Positions 17,969 to 30,882 of a stretch of 64,000 bases of DNA are shown one piece after another (within the stretch, counting starts at the first letter, position 1; every line of letters starts with the position of its first letter). The notes under the pieces are model-generated. The model did no database searches. It had not been told where the DNA came from and saw only the letters and a list, made by a program, of their open reading frames with translations. This stretch comes from Alphaproteobacteria bacterium (GTDB lineage Bacteria; Pseudomonadota; Alphaproteobacteria; UBA828): positions 160,001 through 224,000 of the forward strand of contig CBDCRW010000005.1 of assembly GCA_965221125.1 (NCBI GenBank). Reading direction: 5' to 3'. A program made the translations under genes and the position numbers.

Positions 17969-18962
17969 CGTCGGGGATTGCGGCGTCGTAGGCCTCGAGG
18001 ATGCGGGTCACCAGGGAATGGCGCATGACGTCGGCGTTGCCGAAGCGGACGAAGCTGACATCGCTCAAGCCCTCCAGCGTCGCGGCCGCGTGGCGCAGCC
18101 CTGAGCGCGCGCCGGCCGGCAGGTCCACCTGCGTCAGGTCGCCGGTGACGACCATGCGCGAGCCCTCGCCGAGGCGGGTGAGGAACATCTTCATCTGCAG
18201 CGGCGTCGTGTTCTGCGCCTCGTCGAGGATGATGAAGGCCTGCGAGAGCGTGCGCCCGCGCATGAAGGCGAGCGGCGCGATCTCGATCTCCGCCGAATCG
18301 ATGCGTCGCGCCACCAGGTCCGCCGGCAGCATGTCGTGCAGCGCGTCGTAGAGCGGGCGGAGGTAGGGGTCGATCTTGTCCTTGAGGTCGCCGGGCAGGA
18401 AGCCGAGATGCTCGCCCGCCTCGACCGCCGGCCGCGACAGCACGATGCGCTCGACCCGGCCGGCAAGGTAGAGGGAAACCGCCATCGCCACGGCGAGATA
18501 GGTCTTGCCGGTGCCGGCGGGGCCGAGGCCGAACACCAGCTCGTTCTCCATCATGGCGCGCACGTAGTCGGCCTGGCGCGGCGAGCGCGGGCTCACCGGG
18601 CGCTTGCGGGTGCGGAGCACGAGCTCGGGCTCGGCCCGCGCGGGGTCCGAGGCCACGGCGTCGCCCCCGCCCGGCCCCATCGCCATGCGGATCGCCCCAT
18701 CGACCTCGCCGCCGCCCATCGGCAGGCCCTGCTTCAGCTTGTCGTAGAGCGTGCGCAGCACCGCCTCCGCCGCCGCGACCGCCGACGGCGGGCCGCTGAT
18801 CGCGACCTCGTTGCCGCGCGAGCGCAGCACCACGCCGAGCGCGTGCTCGATCCGCACCAGGTGGCGGTCATGATCGCCGAAGAGGAGGGGCAGAAGGGAA
18901 TTGTCGTCGAAGCGAATGTGCGCGCCGGCCTCGCCCGGCGCCCCGGATGCGGTACGGCTCAC
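17913..18962 (-). CDS. phoH: PhoH-family ATPase (YbeZ-like)
   Basis: [39 protein letters not shown]; GTG start overlaps the miaB stop. Confidence 0.93.
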   Translation of the reverse strand: MSRTASGAPGEAGAHIRFDDNSLLPLLFGDHDRHLVRIEHALGVVLRSRGNEVAISGPPSAVAAAEAVLRTLYDKLKQGLPMGGGEVDGAIRMAMGPGGGDAVASDPARAEPELVLRTRKRPVSPRSPRQADYVRAMMENELVFGLGPAGTGKTYLAVAMAVSLYLAGRVERIVLSRPAVEAGEHLGFLPGDLKDKIDPYLRPLYDALHDMLPADLVARRIDSAEIEIAPLAFMRGRTLSQAFIILDEAQNTTPLQMKMFLTRLGEGSRMVVTGDLTQVDLPAGARSGLRHAAATLEGLSDVSFVRFGNADVMRHSLVTRILEAYDAAIPDDDRDRDQPPRFGVVDRSS

Positions 18963-20380
18963 GCGGGAACGCCCCCGATCGTATCCGCGCCGGCGGCGGC
19001 ATCGCGGGCGATGACGGGCGCATCGGCAACGCCCGTGAGCGCACCGGCAAGGCCGTTGGGCGACGCCTCGGTCACGGCCGCCTCGGCAACCGTGCCGATC
19101 AAGGCGTCGCCGCCGTCGACGTGGAGCCACTGCATGAACGGCGTGCGGCCCGCGACCTGGCCGGCGTGGCGGCCGCGCCGCTCGAACAGCACGGGGAGCG
19201 TCCGCCCCACCATGCTGGCGTTGAAGCGCCGCTTCTGGCCCTCGAGCAGGCGCTGCAGCCGGCTCAGCCGCTCGGCCGCGACCTCGCCCGGCACCTGGTC
19301 GTCGCGCTCGGCCGCCGGGGTGCCGGGGCGCGGGCTGTACTTGAAGGAGAACGCCTGCGCGTACTCGACCTCGCGCACGAGCGCGAGCGTCGCCTCGAAA
19401 TCCGCCTCGGTCTCGCCGGGGAAGCCCACGATGAAGTCGCTGGAGAGCGCGACGGCGGGCTGGGCGGCGCGGAGCGATTCCACCAGGCGCAGGTAGCGCG
19501 CGGCGCGGTGGCCCCGGTTCATGGCGGCAAGCACGCTGTCGGAGCCCGACTGCACCGGCAGGTGCAGGAAGGGCATCAGCTTGCGCTCCGTGCCGTGGGC
19601 GCAGATCAGCGCGGGCGTCATGTCGCGCGGATGCGAGGTGGTGTAGCGCAGCCGTTCCAGCCCTTCGATCGCAGCCAGCCGGGCGATCAGCCCCGCCAGG
19701 TCGATCTCGCTGCCGCCGGCCGCGTCGCCGGCGCCGTGATAGGCGTTGACGTTCTGGCCCAGCAGCACGATCTCGCGGGCGCCGGCGGCGACGAGACGCC
19801 GCGCCTCGGCCTCGACATCGGCGGCCGGGCGCGACTCTTCTGCCCCGCGGGTATAGGGCACGACGCAGAAGGTGCAGAAGCGGTCGCAGCCTTCCTGGAT
19901 CGTGAGGAAGGACGAGACCCCCCGCCCCGGCTGGCGGCCGGCCAGCTCCTCCGGCAGGTGGTCGAACCGCGATTCCGCCGGCATGGCGGTGTCGACGGCG
20001 GTGCGGCCCGCCCGCGAAGCGCCCGCCACCATGGCGGCCAGCCGGTGATAGGCTTGCGGGCCCACGACGATGTCCACGAAGGGCGCGCGGGCCGCCACCT
20101 CCTCGCCCTCGGCCTGGGCGACGCAGCCGGCGACGGCGAGCAGCATGTCTCGGCCGCTCCGCGCGCGCGCTTCCTTCAGCGCGCGCAGCCGGCCCAGCTC
20201 GGAGTAAACCTTCTCTGCCGCCTTCTCGCGGATGTGGCAGGTGTTGAGGACGACCAGGTCGGCATCCTCGACCTCCGTCGTCGAGCGATAGCCGAGCGGC
20301 GCCAGGACATCCGCCATGCGGGCGGAGTCGTAGACGTTCATCTGGCAGCCGAAAGTCTTGACGTAAAGTTTTTTGGCCAC
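18959..20380 (-). CDS. miaB: tRNA-2-methylthio-N6-dimethylallyladenosine synthase
   Basis: [20 protein letters not shown], radical [15 protein letters not shown] domain. Confidence 0.97.
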   Translation of the reverse strand: MAKKLYVKTFGCQMNVYDSARMADVLAPLGYRSTTEVEDADLVVLNTCHIREKAAEKVYSELGRLRALKEARARSGRDMLLAVAGCVAQAEGEEVAARAPFVDIVVGPQAYHRLAAMVAGASRAGRTAVDTAMPAESRFDHLPEELAGRQPGRGVSSFLTIQEGCDRFCTFCVVPYTRGAEESRPAADVEAEARRLVAAGAREIVLLGQNVNAYHGAGDAAGGSEIDLAGLIARLAAIEGLERLRYTTSHPRDMTPALICAHGTERKLMPFLHLPVQSGSDSVLAAMNRGHRAARYLRLVESLRAAQPAVALSSDFIVGFPGETEADFEATLALVREVEYAQAFSFKYSPRPGTPAAERDDQVPGEVAAERLSRLQRLLEGQKRRFNASMVGRTLPVLFERRGRHAGQVAGRTPFMQWLHVDGGDALIGTVAEAAVTEASPNGLAGALTGVADAPVIARDAAAGADTIGGVPA

Positions 20381-20581
20381 GGCCTCGCCGTGTGTCGGGG
20401 CCTCGCTGGAGACCGCGCGGCGCGCCAATCGTGCCGCTCCCTACCCCGTATTCCGGCCGCCGACCCTAGCACCCGCCACCACCCTGTCAAGCATGCGTGC
20501 CCCTGGTTCCAGGGACGGGCGCGCCCGGAATGCGAGCGGGGGCAGGCGTTTGCGCGGCGCGGAAGCCGGCAGGGTTCTGGC

Positions 20582-21220
20582 CTATTCCGCCCTGGCGAAC
20601 GCGCCGGTGGCGGGGTCCATGGTCCAGAGCGCGCCGTGGGCGATGTCGAACCAGGCGCCGTGCAGGCTGAGCCGGTCGCGGTCCTCCAGGATCGAGACGA
20701 ACGGGAAGGTCCGCAGGTTCGCGAGCGAATGGCGGATGGAGGCACGTTCGAGCGCGGTCTGCCGCTCTTCGTCCGTGAGCCCGGTGCTCGCGGCGATCTC
20801 GTCAGCGGCGGGCCCGAGCGGCTTCATCCACTTGCCGATGAAGTCGCCGGGAGAGAGCGGTTCCGCCGCCGGATGCAGCGCCGCATGAATGCCGCCGCAG
20901 CGCCCGTGGCCGAGCACGACGATGTGCCGGACCTTGAGGCTCTGCACGGCGAATTCGAGCGCGGCCAAGGTGCCGTCGAGGGAGCCGTCCGGCTCGTAGG
21001 GCGGCACCAGGTTGGCGACGTTGCGGACGACGAAGATCTCGCCGGGCGCGGCATTGAAGATGGTCTCCGGCGCGGAGCGGGAATCGCAGCAGGCGACGAC
21101 CATGACCTCGGGCCTCTGCCCCTGCTCGGCGAGCGCGCGGTAGCGGGCGTGTTCCCTGGCGTAGCGGTCGCCCTTGAACGAGCGGTAGCCGGTCAGAAGA
21201 GAATCCGGGAAAGCGGTCAT
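20582..21220 (-). CDS. Beta-class carbonic anhydrase
   Basis: CCDSR, VRNVAN, GHGRCGG. Confidence 0.93.
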   Translation of the reverse strand: MTAFPDSLLTGYRSFKGDRYAREHARYRALAEQGQRPEVMVVACCDSRSAPETIFNAAPGEIFVVRNVANLVPPYEPDGSLDGTLAALEFAVQSLKVRHIVVLGHGRCGGIHAALHPAAEPLSPGDFIGKWMKPLGPAADEIAASTGLTDEERQTALERASIRHSLANLRTFPFVSILEDRDRLSLHGAWFDIAHGALWTMDPATGAFARAE

Positions 21221-21789
21221 CGGTCTTCGGCAGCTTGCGAGCGGGAGCCTGGGAGCAGCATGCGCCGCAGCGTCGATCCCCCGTCGACGACGTGGTGCTT
21301 GAGCGCTGCAATGACGTGCAGGCCGACCAGGCCGATGCCTCCATAGGCAACGTAGAAGTGAATGTCGATGGCGAGGTCGCGGGTCGCGGCCGTCACGTCG
21401 AACAGCGCGGGCACGTCGAAGAGGTCGAACATGCCGATGCCGGCGCCCTCCGAAGTCGAGATCAGGTAGCCGGTGACCGGCAGCAGGACCATGAGCGCGT
21501 TCAAGAGCCAGTGCATCGCGGTGGCGCCCGTGCGCTCGTGGGGCTTCACCTCCGGCCCGTATGCGGGGTAGCGATCCGCGAGCTTCCAGCCGAACTTCGC
21601 CAGCGCGAGCGCCAGGACCACGATCCCGATGGCCTTATGGAGCGCGAGGGAATCGTTGTACCAGGGATCGTAGTAGGTGAGCCCCACCATCCAGGCCCCG
21701 AGCCCGACGAGGCCGACGAAACCGAGCGCGATGGCCCAGTGAAGGCCCGAGGCGACAATGCCGTAGTGGCCGGCGCCGCTCCGCCACAT
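21217..21789 (-). CDS. Cytochrome b561 family protein (YceJ-like)
   Basis: LHW, LHKAIG, MHW and LHVIAALKHH heme-ligand pattern; paired with YceI. Confidence 0.88.
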   Translation of the reverse strand: MWRSGAGHYGIVASGLHWAIALGFVGLVGLGAWMVGLTYYDPWYNDSLALHKAIGIVVLALALAKFGWKLADRYPAYGPEVKPHERTGATAMHWLLNALMVLLPVTGYLISTSEGAGIGMFDLFDVPALFDVTAATRDLAIDIHFYVAYGGIGLVGLHVIAALKHHVVDGGSTLRRMLLPGSRSQAAEDR

Positions 21790-21823
21790 CGCCGTTCCGC
21801 AGATGTCCGCCTCGGCCCCCGGC

Positions 21824-22399
21824 CTATTGGCGGACGCCCTCGATGAAGAGGAAAAGCTCCATGGATTCGGACGCAGGCCCCAAGTTGTAGCCCATGCCGA
21901 AATCCTTGCGAACGAGCGACACGGTGCCTTCGAAGCCGGCGCGGTAGCCGCCCCAGGGGTCCTTGCCTTCGCCCACCTTGCTGACCGCGATGGCGATGGG
22001 TTTGGTGACCCCGTGGAGCGTCAAGTCGCCCGTCATCGTGCCGCCGCCGGCATCGCCCTCGTAGCCGGTGCTGACGAAGGTGGCGGTCGGGAACTCGTCG
22101 ACGTTCAGGAAGTCGGCCGAGCGCAGGTGCTTGTCGCGCTCGGCGTGGTTCGTGTCGACGCTCGCGGTGTCGATCTCGACCGCGATGGACTGTGCCTCGG
22201 GCCCGGCCTCGGAATCGAACGTGAAGTTGCCGGACACGGTCTCGAAGGTGCCGATCATCCAGGAGACGCCGATGTGCGAAATCTTGAACTGAACGAAGCT
22301 GTGCCCCGAATCGATCGTGTAGTCGGCGGCCTGGCCGGCCGTGCCTGTGAATGCGAGGGCGGCGGCCACGAGAGCGGCCCCGAGCGAACGCTTGATCAT
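21824..22399 (-). CDS. yceI: YceI-family periplasmic protein
   Basis: Signal peptide; YTIDSGHS, SVDTNHAERDKHLRSADF, GDLTLHGVTK, DPWG. Confidence 0.92.
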   Translation of the reverse strand: MIKRSLGAALVAAALAFTGTAGQAADYTIDSGHSFVQFKISHIGVSWMIGTFETVSGNFTFDSEAGPEAQSIAVEIDTASVDTNHAERDKHLRSADFLNVDEFPTATFVSTGYEGDAGGGTMTGDLTLHGVTKPIAIAVSKVGEGKDPWGGYRAGFEGTVSLVRKDFGMGYNLGPASESMELFLFIEGVRQ

Positions 22400-22442
22400 T
22401 GCAAGAGCCTCCTTCCGAAGACCAGACGGGACGGCGGCGGGG

Positions 22443-23498
22443 TCAAAGCGCCTCGGCGACGGCCTTGCCGAAGTCCTGCGTGCTGGCGCTGCCGCCCAGG
22501 TCGGGGGTGAGAGGGGCGCCGGCGGCCAGCACCGTCTCGATGGCGCCTTCGATGGCCCGTGCCGCATCGCCGTGGCCGAGGTGGTCCACCATCATCGCGG
22601 CGGTCCAGATCATCGCGACCGGGTTGGCGACGCTGCGGCCTGCGATGTCCGGCGCGGAGCCGTGGACCGGCTCGAACATGGAGGGGTGGTCGCGGTCAGG
22701 ATTCAGGTTGGCGGCCGGTGCCAACCCCATGCCGCCGGCCACGGCGGCGCCGAGATCGGAGAGGATGTCGCCGAACAGGTTGCTGCCCACCACCACGTCG
22801 AACCAGTCCGGATGCTGCACGAAATGCGCGCTCAGGATGTCGATGTGGTAGCTCTCGGTCTCCACGTCCGGGTAGTCGGCAGAAGCGGCGGCGAAGCGCT
22901 CGTCCCAGTAGGGCATGGTGTGGATGATGCCGTTGGACTTCGTCGCGGACGCGACGCGGCCCCGCCTCGTGCGCGCAAGCTCGAAGGCGTAGCGCATCAC
23001 CCGGTCGACGCCCTGGCGGGTGAACACGCTCTCCTGCACCACCGCCTCCTGCTCGGTGCCGGCGTAGATCCGCCCGCCCATCTCGGAATACTCGCCCTCG
23101 TTGTTCTCGCGGACGATGACGAAGTCGATGTCGGCCTGGCTGCGGCCGGCGAGCGGCGAGGAGACGCCCTTGAGCAGCTTGATCGGGCGCAGGTTGACGT
23201 ACTGGCGGAAGGCGCGGCGGAGCGGGATCAGGAGGCCCCAGAGCGAGACGTGGTCCGGCACGCCGGGGAAGCCCACCGCGCCTAGCAGGATCGCGTCGAA
23301 GGGGCGCAGCACCTCGATGCCGTCCTCCGGCATCATCCGGCCGGTCTTGCCGTAGGTCTCGCAGCTCCAGTCGAAGTGCTGCCAGTCGAAACGCACGTCG
23401 AAGCGGCGGCCGGCGGCCTCGAGCACGCGCATCGCCTCGGGCATGACCTCGTTGCCGATGCCGTCGCCGGGAATCACCGCAATTCGATAGTGCGCCAT
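22443..23498 (-). CDS. Tartrate dehydrogenase / D-malate dehydrogenase (decarboxylating)
   Basis: IPGDGIG, PDHVSLWGLL, RENNEGEY, TKSNG, NLFGDILSD, FEPVHGSAPDI. Confidence 0.9.
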   Translation of the reverse strand: MAHYRIAVIPGDGIGNEVMPEAMRVLEAAGRRFDVRFDWQHFDWSCETYGKTGRMMPEDGIEVLRPFDAILLGAVGFPGVPDHVSLWGLLIPLRRAFRQYVNLRPIKLLKGVSSPLAGRSQADIDFVIVRENNEGEYSEMGGRIYAGTEQEAVVQESVFTRQGVDRVMRYAFELARTRRGRVASATKSNGIIHTMPYWDERFAAASADYPDVETESYHIDILSAHFVQHPDWFDVVVGSNLFGDILSDLGAAVAGGMGLAPAANLNPDRDHPSMFEPVHGSAPDIAGRSVANPVAMIWTAAMMVDHLGHGDAARAIEGAIETVLAAGAPLTPDLGGSASTQDFGKAVAEAL

Positions 23499-23631
23499 GG
23501 ACACGGCCTCCGTTCGCCGGCGGCTGACCCGGACCGGCGGCGCGTACTCTACTCGCGGCACGCAGGTTCGCGCTACAAGACGATGATGTCCGCCTCACGG
23601 GCGCAGGGTGCTTCCTTACCCTTCGGGGCCT

Positions 23632-24558
23632 TTACCCCTCAGAAGCGGACAGGAGCCGGTTCAGTAGCGAAAGATACTTGCCCGCGATGGGGCGGAGGCG
23701 GCCCTGATCGGTCAGCATGCCGCAAAAGTGGTTGTCGCGTTCGACGTAACGATCGCCGAGCTCGACCAGCGCGCCCGTTTCGAGGTGCCGGTCGACGAAG
23801 CGCCGCCAGCCGAGGGCGATGCCCTGCCCTGACGCGGCGGCCTCGAGAGAGTAGATGTAGTTGTCGAAGCCGGTGAACCGGGGCCGGGGCTCGGGGTGGC
23901 CGGCGGCCTGGAACCAGTCCTCCCACGACGCCCAGCCCGCGTTGGGGAGGCCGGGTTCGAGAAATGCAAGCGCGCCCCACCCGCTCACGGGCCCGCTCAG
24001 CGTCCTCTCGTGGGCCGTGGCGTATTCGGGCGCGCAGACGGGCCGCACCGCCTCCCTGAAGAACGCCGTGCGTTCCTTCGGCCCGATGACACGGTCCCAG
24101 TCCAGGACCACGTCGGGCACGGGATCGAGCGGCAGGTTCCGCGCGTAGCTGTTGAAGATCGCGGTGCCGATCCGGGTCTCCTCGCCGAGAGCCTCCTGAA
24201 GCGCGCTGCGAAGTGGCATCAGCAGGTAGTGGGACGCCGGTTCGGAGCAGGCGATCATCACCTGCTCGCGCGTCGACGGCTGGACGACCTCGGAGATGGC
24301 CGTCTTGATCAGACCGAGACCGGCGGCGGTCTTCTCGTGATAGCGCTTTCCTTCTTCGGTCAGTCTCACGCCGTTCCGGGACCGCTCGAACAGGCGGATG
24401 CCGAGATGCGTCTCGAGGCTCGCCATATGGCGGCTGACCGCAGGCTGCGAAATCCCCAGCTCCTTCGCGGCGCCGGCAAAACTGCCGTGCCGGGCGGCGC
24501 ACTCGAAGGCATTGAGAACCGTCGTGGTCGGCAACCGATAGGAGTCGTCCTTTGCCAT
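23632..24558 (-). CDS. LysR-family regulator (GcvA-like)
   Basis: LNAFECAARHGSFAGAAKELGISQPAVSRHM HTH; AAASGQGIALGW. Confidence 0.9.
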   Translation of the reverse strand: MAKDDSYRLPTTTVLNAFECAARHGSFAGAAKELGISQPAVSRHMASLETHLGIRLFERSRNGVRLTEEGKRYHEKTAAGLGLIKTAISEVVQPSTREQVMIACSEPASHYLLMPLRSALQEALGEETRIGTAIFNSYARNLPLDPVPDVVLDWDRVIGPKERTAFFREAVRPVCAPEYATAHERTLSGPVSGWGALAFLEPGLPNAGWASWEDWFQAAGHPEPRPRFTGFDNYIYSLEAAASGQGIALGWRRFVDRHLETGALVELGDRYVERDNHFCGMLTDQGRLRPIAGKYLSLLNRLLSASEG

Positions 24559-24633
24559 AACGAGTTTGATACAGGCATAATATTGACAGTGCAATTGGCT
24601 TCGAAAGGAAGCATAACGACAGCTCTGATTTCA

Positions 24634-24649
24634 ATAACTTTGAAGTTAT
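24634..24649. promoter_or_regulatory. Palindromic operator candidate in AT-rich region upstream of LysR gene
   Basis: ATAACTT-TG-AAGTTAT; related CATAA-N8-TTATG at 24756-24773. Confidence 0.45.
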
Positions 24650-24860
24650 ATATATGCTTAGAAAGTGGCCACATATATGTTTATTAGGTTATGTAAATGC
24701 CTATTGCTCATACGGTGGCCTGATTGCCGGCTCACATTTGGACGCCGGCAAATGTCATAACGTTCTGATTATGCGTATGCGAAATAACGGCGTTGCCCGG
24801 CGGCACGGGGTCCTGCGAGACCGCCGCCGAGACCCTGACTCACTCGCCAGCAATTGCGAA

Positions 24861-24874
24861 TTGGATCGATCCAA
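24861..24874. promoter_or_regulatory. LacI-type operator O1
   Basis: Perfect palindrome TTGGATCGATCCAA with central CG, upstream of the LacI gene. Confidence 0.7.
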
Positions 24875-24925
24875 ATAAATGTGCTATACGCCCGCGCACA
24901 TTCCCCGTGAACAGGGGGAAACGTC

Positions 24926-24943
24926 ATTTGGATCGTGCCAAAT
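24926..24943. promoter_or_regulatory. LacI-type operator O2
   Basis: ATTTGGATCGTGCCAAAT, an imperfect copy of O1. Confidence 0.6.
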
Positions 24944-24972
24944 CCGGGCGGGCGGCAGGAACGGAGCGGCGG

Positions 24973-27038
<2,066 letters not shown>

Positions 27039-27045
27039 GGGCATC

Positions 27046-28632
27046 GTGGCCCGCGTGATCACGGCGGACGAAGCGGCGGCGCTGATCCCCGACGGCGCCG
27101 TGGTCGCGGTCAGCGCGTCGAGCGGCCTCGGCTGTCCCGACCGCGTGCTGCGCGCCATCGGCGAGCGCTTCGAGAGCGCGGGCCACCCGCGCGGACTGAC
27201 GACGCTGCACCCCATCGCCGCCGGCGACATGTACGGCATCGGGGGGATCGACCATCTGGCCCGGCCCGGCCTGCTCGCCCGCGTGATCGCAGGCTCCCTG
27301 CCCTCCGGCCCGTCGTCCCTGCCGATGCCGGCGATCTGGCGGCTGATCGCCGACAACGCGATCCCGGCCTACAACGTGCCGAGCGGGATCCTCTACGACA
27401 TGATCCGCGATGCCGCGGCCAGGCGGCCGGGCGTGCTCACCAAGGTCGGCCTCGATACCTTCGTCGACCCCGAACTCCAGGGCTGTGCCATGAACGACGC
27501 GGCCGCGGCGGAGCCGATCGTCCGCCGCACCGAGTTCGACGGCGAGACGTGGCTCTACTTCCCGGCGATCGCGCCCGATGTCGCGATCATTCGCGGCACG
27601 ACGGCGGACGATCGCGGCAATGTCTCGTGGGAGCACGAGGGCGCCTACCTCGGCGCGCTCGACCAGGCGCTGGCGGCGCGCAACAACGGCGGCATCGTCA
27701 TCGCCCAGGTCAAGCGGCGCGCGGACGCCGGCACGCTGAAGCCCATGGCTGTCCACGTGCCGGGCGTTCTGGTTGACCACGTGGTGGTCGAGCCGGAGCA
27801 GTGGCAGACCACCCAGACCGTGTTCGACCCCGCCATCAGCGGGGAGTCGGTCCGCGCGGAGGAGAGCTTCGAGGTTCCCGACTTCGGGCCGGAGAAGGTC
27901 GTCGCCCGCCGCGTCGCCCTGGAGCTCAGCCAGGGCATGGCGGTGAACATCGGCTTCGGCATCGCCGCCAACGTGCCGCGCATCCTGCTGGAGGAAGGCG
28001 CGCACGGCACCGTCACCTGGGTCATCGAGCAGGGAGCGGTCGGCGGCATTCCGCTCCTCGGCTTTCAGTTCGGCTGCGCGGCCAACGCCGAAGCCATCAT
28101 CCCCTCGCCGCAGCAGTTCACCTACCTGCAGGGCGGCGGCTTCGACGCCTCCCTGCTGTCGTTCCTGGAGATCGACCGGGCGGGCAACGTCAACGTCTCC
28201 AGGCTCGCGGCACGCCCGCAGGTCACCGCCGGCGCCGGCGGCTTCGTGGACATCACGGCCAATGCGCCCCGCATCGTCTTCGCCGGCTACTTCACCGCCG
28301 GCGCGACGCTCGCCATCGAGGGCGGCGCGCTCCGGATCGAGCGCGAAGGGAAGGTGCGGAAGCTGGTCGAGCGGGTCGAGCACGTGACCTTCAGCGGCCG
28401 GCGCGCACGCGCGCAGGGCCAGGACGTCCTCTACGTCACCGAGCGCTGCGTGCTGCGCCTGGGCGAGAGCGGGCCGGAGGTGATCGAGGTCGCGCCGGGC
28501 GTGGACTTGGCGCGCGACGTGCTGGGGCAGGCGGCGTTCCCGCTCGCGGTCGCCGACGATCTCAGGGAAATGCCGACAAACCTGTTCCGGCCCGAGCCCA
28601 TGGGGCTCGCGCTCAGGGAGCGCGCGGCATGA
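27046..28632 (+). CDS. Acyl-CoA:acetate/propionate CoA-transferase (fused, YdiF/Pct-like)
   Basis: KVGLDTFVDP, RGTTADDRGN, VNIGFG, IEQG (catalytic Glu), GNVNVS, GAGGFVDIT, YVTERCV. Confidence 0.88.
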   Translation: MARVITADEAAALIPDGAVVAVSASSGLGCPDRVLRAIGERFESAGHPRGLTTLHPIAAGDMYGIGGIDHLARPGLLARVIAGSLPSGPSSLPMPAIWRLIADNAIPAYNVPSGILYDMIRDAAARRPGVLTKVGLDTFVDPELQGCAMNDAAAAEPIVRRTEFDGETWLYFPAIAPDVAIIRGTTADDRGNVSWEHEGAYLGALDQALAARNNGGIVIAQVKRRADAGTLKPMAVHVPGVLVDHVVVEPEQWQTTQTVFDPAISGESVRAEESFEVPDFGPEKVVARRVALELSQGMAVNIGFGIAANVPRILLEEGAHGTVTWVIEQGAVGGIPLLGFQFGCAANAEAIIPSPQQFTYLQGGGFDASLLSFLEIDRAGNVNVSRLAARPQVTAGAGGFVDITANAPRIVFAGYFTAGATLAIEGGALRIEREGKVRKLVERVEHVTFSGRRARAQGQDVLYVTERCVLRLGESGPEVIEVAPGVDLARDVLGQAAFPLAVADDLREMPTNLFRPEPMGLALRERAA

Positions 28633-29408
28633 GCGACGGGCGCGTCATAGTCGCGCGCGACGGCGCGCTCGCCCGCATCACGCTGGACCGGCCCGAAAAA
28701 CTCAACGCGCTGACGCCGGCGATGCTGGCCGGACTGCGCGACGCCGCAGAGCGCATCGAGCGCGACGACGGCATCCGCGTCGCCGTCCTGAGCGCGGCCG
28801 GCGAGCGAGCCTTCTGCGTCGGCGCCGACATCGAAGCCTGGGCCGGCGCCGATGCCCTCCACGTCTGGCGCCACTGGGTGCGGGACGGCCACGCCGTCTT
28901 CGACCGCATGGCGCGGCTGCGCCCGCCGCTGATCGCCGCCATCGAGGGCCTGGCGCTGGGCGGCGGGCTGGAGCTTGCGGCGACGGCCGACCTGCGTATC
29001 GCCGGAGCGGACGCAGCCTTCGGCCTGCCCGAGGCGGACGTCGGCGTGGTGCCCGGCTGGTCCGGCACCCAGCGCCTCGTCCGCGCCGTCGGCGCCGCTC
29101 CGGTCAAGCTGATGGCGCTCACGGGCGAGCGGCTGGACGCGCACGCTGCCGCGCGCGCCGGCGTGGTGCACCGGGTCGTGCCGGCGGGCACCGCGCTCGA
29201 TGCGGCGCTCGCCATGGCCGCACGCATCGCCGCGCGCGCTCCGGTCGCCGTCCAGCTCACCAAGCAGCTCATCAACGCCGCTGAGGGAGAAGACACGGCG
29301 GCGACCCTCGAAGCGCTCGCGTCCGGCGTCGCCGCCGGCACGCAGGATATCCGCGAAGGCATAGCGAGCTTTCGCGAGAAGCGGCCGCCGGTGTTCTCCA
29401 ACCGATGA
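28629..29408 (+). CDS. Enoyl-CoA hydratase/isomerase family protein
   Basis: LDRPEKLNAL, FCVGAD, ALGGGLELA, FGLPE, GTQRL. Confidence 0.9.
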   Translation: MSDGRVIVARDGALARITLDRPEKLNALTPAMLAGLRDAAERIERDDGIRVAVLSAAGERAFCVGADIEAWAGADALHVWRHWVRDGHAVFDRMARLRPPLIAAIEGLALGGGLELAATADLRIAGADAAFGLPEADVGVVPGWSGTQRLVRAVGAAPVKLMALTGERLDAHAAARAGVVHRVVPAGTALDAALAMAARIAARAPVAVQLTKQLINAAEGEDTAATLEALASGVAAGTQDIREGIASFREKRPPVFSNR

Positions 29409-29531
29409 GCGGCAGCGCAAGCAGGGCGGTGCATCGCCCGGAATATCGGACCGGCTCGCAACGGAATGCGCGAGCGAGCCGGCCGTTCAGAGTGTGAGAC
29501 GCGCATTCAACCAACCGAGGGGAGACCCGAC

Positions 29532-30797
29532 ATGACGATCCGATCCGTTCTGACCGCAGGCGTCGCAGGCGCTGCGATGACCCTTGCGGTCGGCCTGGCG
29601 CCTGCCGCCCAGGCCGCAGAAGAAGTCGAGGTGCTGCACTGGTGGACCTCGGGCGGCGAGGCTGCCGCGCTCAACGTCCTCAAGCAGGACCTCGAAGGCC
29701 AGGGCGTCACCTGGCAGGACATGCCCGTCGCAGGCGGCGGCGGCACCGAGGCGATGACCGTGCTGCGCGCGCGCGTCACCGCCGGCAATGCGCCGACCGC
29801 CGTGCAGATGCTGGGCTTCGACATCCAGGACTGGGCCGCCGAGGGCGCGCTCGCCGACCTCAACGCCGTTGCCGAAGCTGAGGGCTGGGACGGTGTGGTG
29901 CCGGCGGCGCTCCAGCGCTTCGCCAAGTACGACGGCAAGTGGATTTCGGCCCCGGTCAACGTGCACTCGACCAACTGGGTGTGGGCCAACAAGGCAATCC
30001 TGGACGAGCTCGGCATCGCCGCGCCCGGCACCTGGGACGAGCTGGTGGCCGCGCTCGACGCGATCCAGGGCGCGGGCTACGTGGCGCTGGCCCACGGCGG
30101 CCAGGCCTGGCAGGAGGCCACGATCTTCGACGGCGTCCTGATGTCCACCGGCGGGACCGATTTCTACCAGGCGGCCATGGTCGAGCTTGACCCGGCCGCG
30201 CTCGGCTCCGATACCATGAAGGAAGCGTTCGACCGCATGGCGACGCTGCGCTCCTACGTGGACGACAACTTCTCGGGCCGCGACTGGAACCTGGCCACCG
30301 CCATGGTCATCGAGGGCACGGCCGGCATGCAGATGATGGGCGACTGGGCCAAGGGCGAGTTCCTCAACGCCGGCAAGCAGCCGGGCGTCGACTTCGTCTG
30401 CTTCCGCCATCCCGGCACGCAGGGAACGGTGACCTTCAACGCCGACCAGTTCGCCATGTTCGCGGTGGGCGAAGAGCGCCGCTCCGCGCAGGAGAAGCTG
30501 GCATCTTCGATCATGTCGCCCTCCTTCCAGTCCGCCTTCAACGTGGTCAAGGGCTCGGTGCCCGCGCGCACGGACGTCTCCGACGAGGCCTTCGACGACT
30601 GCGGCAAGAAGGGCATGATGGACTTGGCGGAGGCCAACGCCAACGGCACGCTCTACGGCTCGTTCGCGCACGGCCACGCGTCGCCGGCGTCGGTGAAGAA
30701 CGCCATCTACGACGTCGTCACCGCCCACTTCAACGGCGAGTTCGATTCCGCGACCGCCGTGGAAGAGCTGGTGAACGCCGTCGAAGCGGCGATGTAG
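29532..30797 (+). CDS. Sugar ABC transporter substrate-binding protein (GtsA-like)
   Basis: Signal peptide; [24 protein letters not shown]. Confidence 0.92.
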   Translation: MTIRSVLTAGVAGAAMTLAVGLAPAAQAAEEVEVLHWWTSGGEAAALNVLKQDLEGQGVTWQDMPVAGGGGTEAMTVLRARVTAGNAPTAVQMLGFDIQDWAAEGALADLNAVAEAEGWDGVVPAALQRFAKYDGKWISAPVNVHSTNWVWANKAILDELGIAAPGTWDELVAALDAIQGAGYVALAHGGQAWQEATIFDGVLMSTGGTDFYQAAMVELDPAALGSDTMKEAFDRMATLRSYVDDNFSGRDWNLATAMVIEGTAGMQMMGDWAKGEFLNAGKQPGVDFVCFRHPGTQGTVTFNADQFAMFAVGEERRSAQEKLASSIMSPSFQSAFNVVKGSVPARTDVSDEAFDDCGKKGMMDLAEANANGTLYGSFAHGHASPASVKNAIYDVVTAHFNGEFDSATAVEELVNAVEAAM

Positions 30798-30809
30798 CAC
30801 GACTGGCCG

Positions 30810-30843
30810 ACCGGCTCCGGCCCGCGCGCCGGGGCCGGTCGAC
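30810..30843 (+). terminator. Stem-loop after substrate-binding protein gene (mRNA stabiliser/attenuator)
   Basis: GACCGGCTCCGG...CCGGGGCCGGTC inverted repeat; no U-tract. Confidence 0.4.
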
Positions 30844-30882
30844 CGTTCTCCCGGAAGGGCGGGGCATGCGGGTGTATCCGTC

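Noticed and set aside
24654-24878. 74-aa ORF in the AT-rich region
   Set aside because: No RBS, atypical composition, and it overlaps the operator sites
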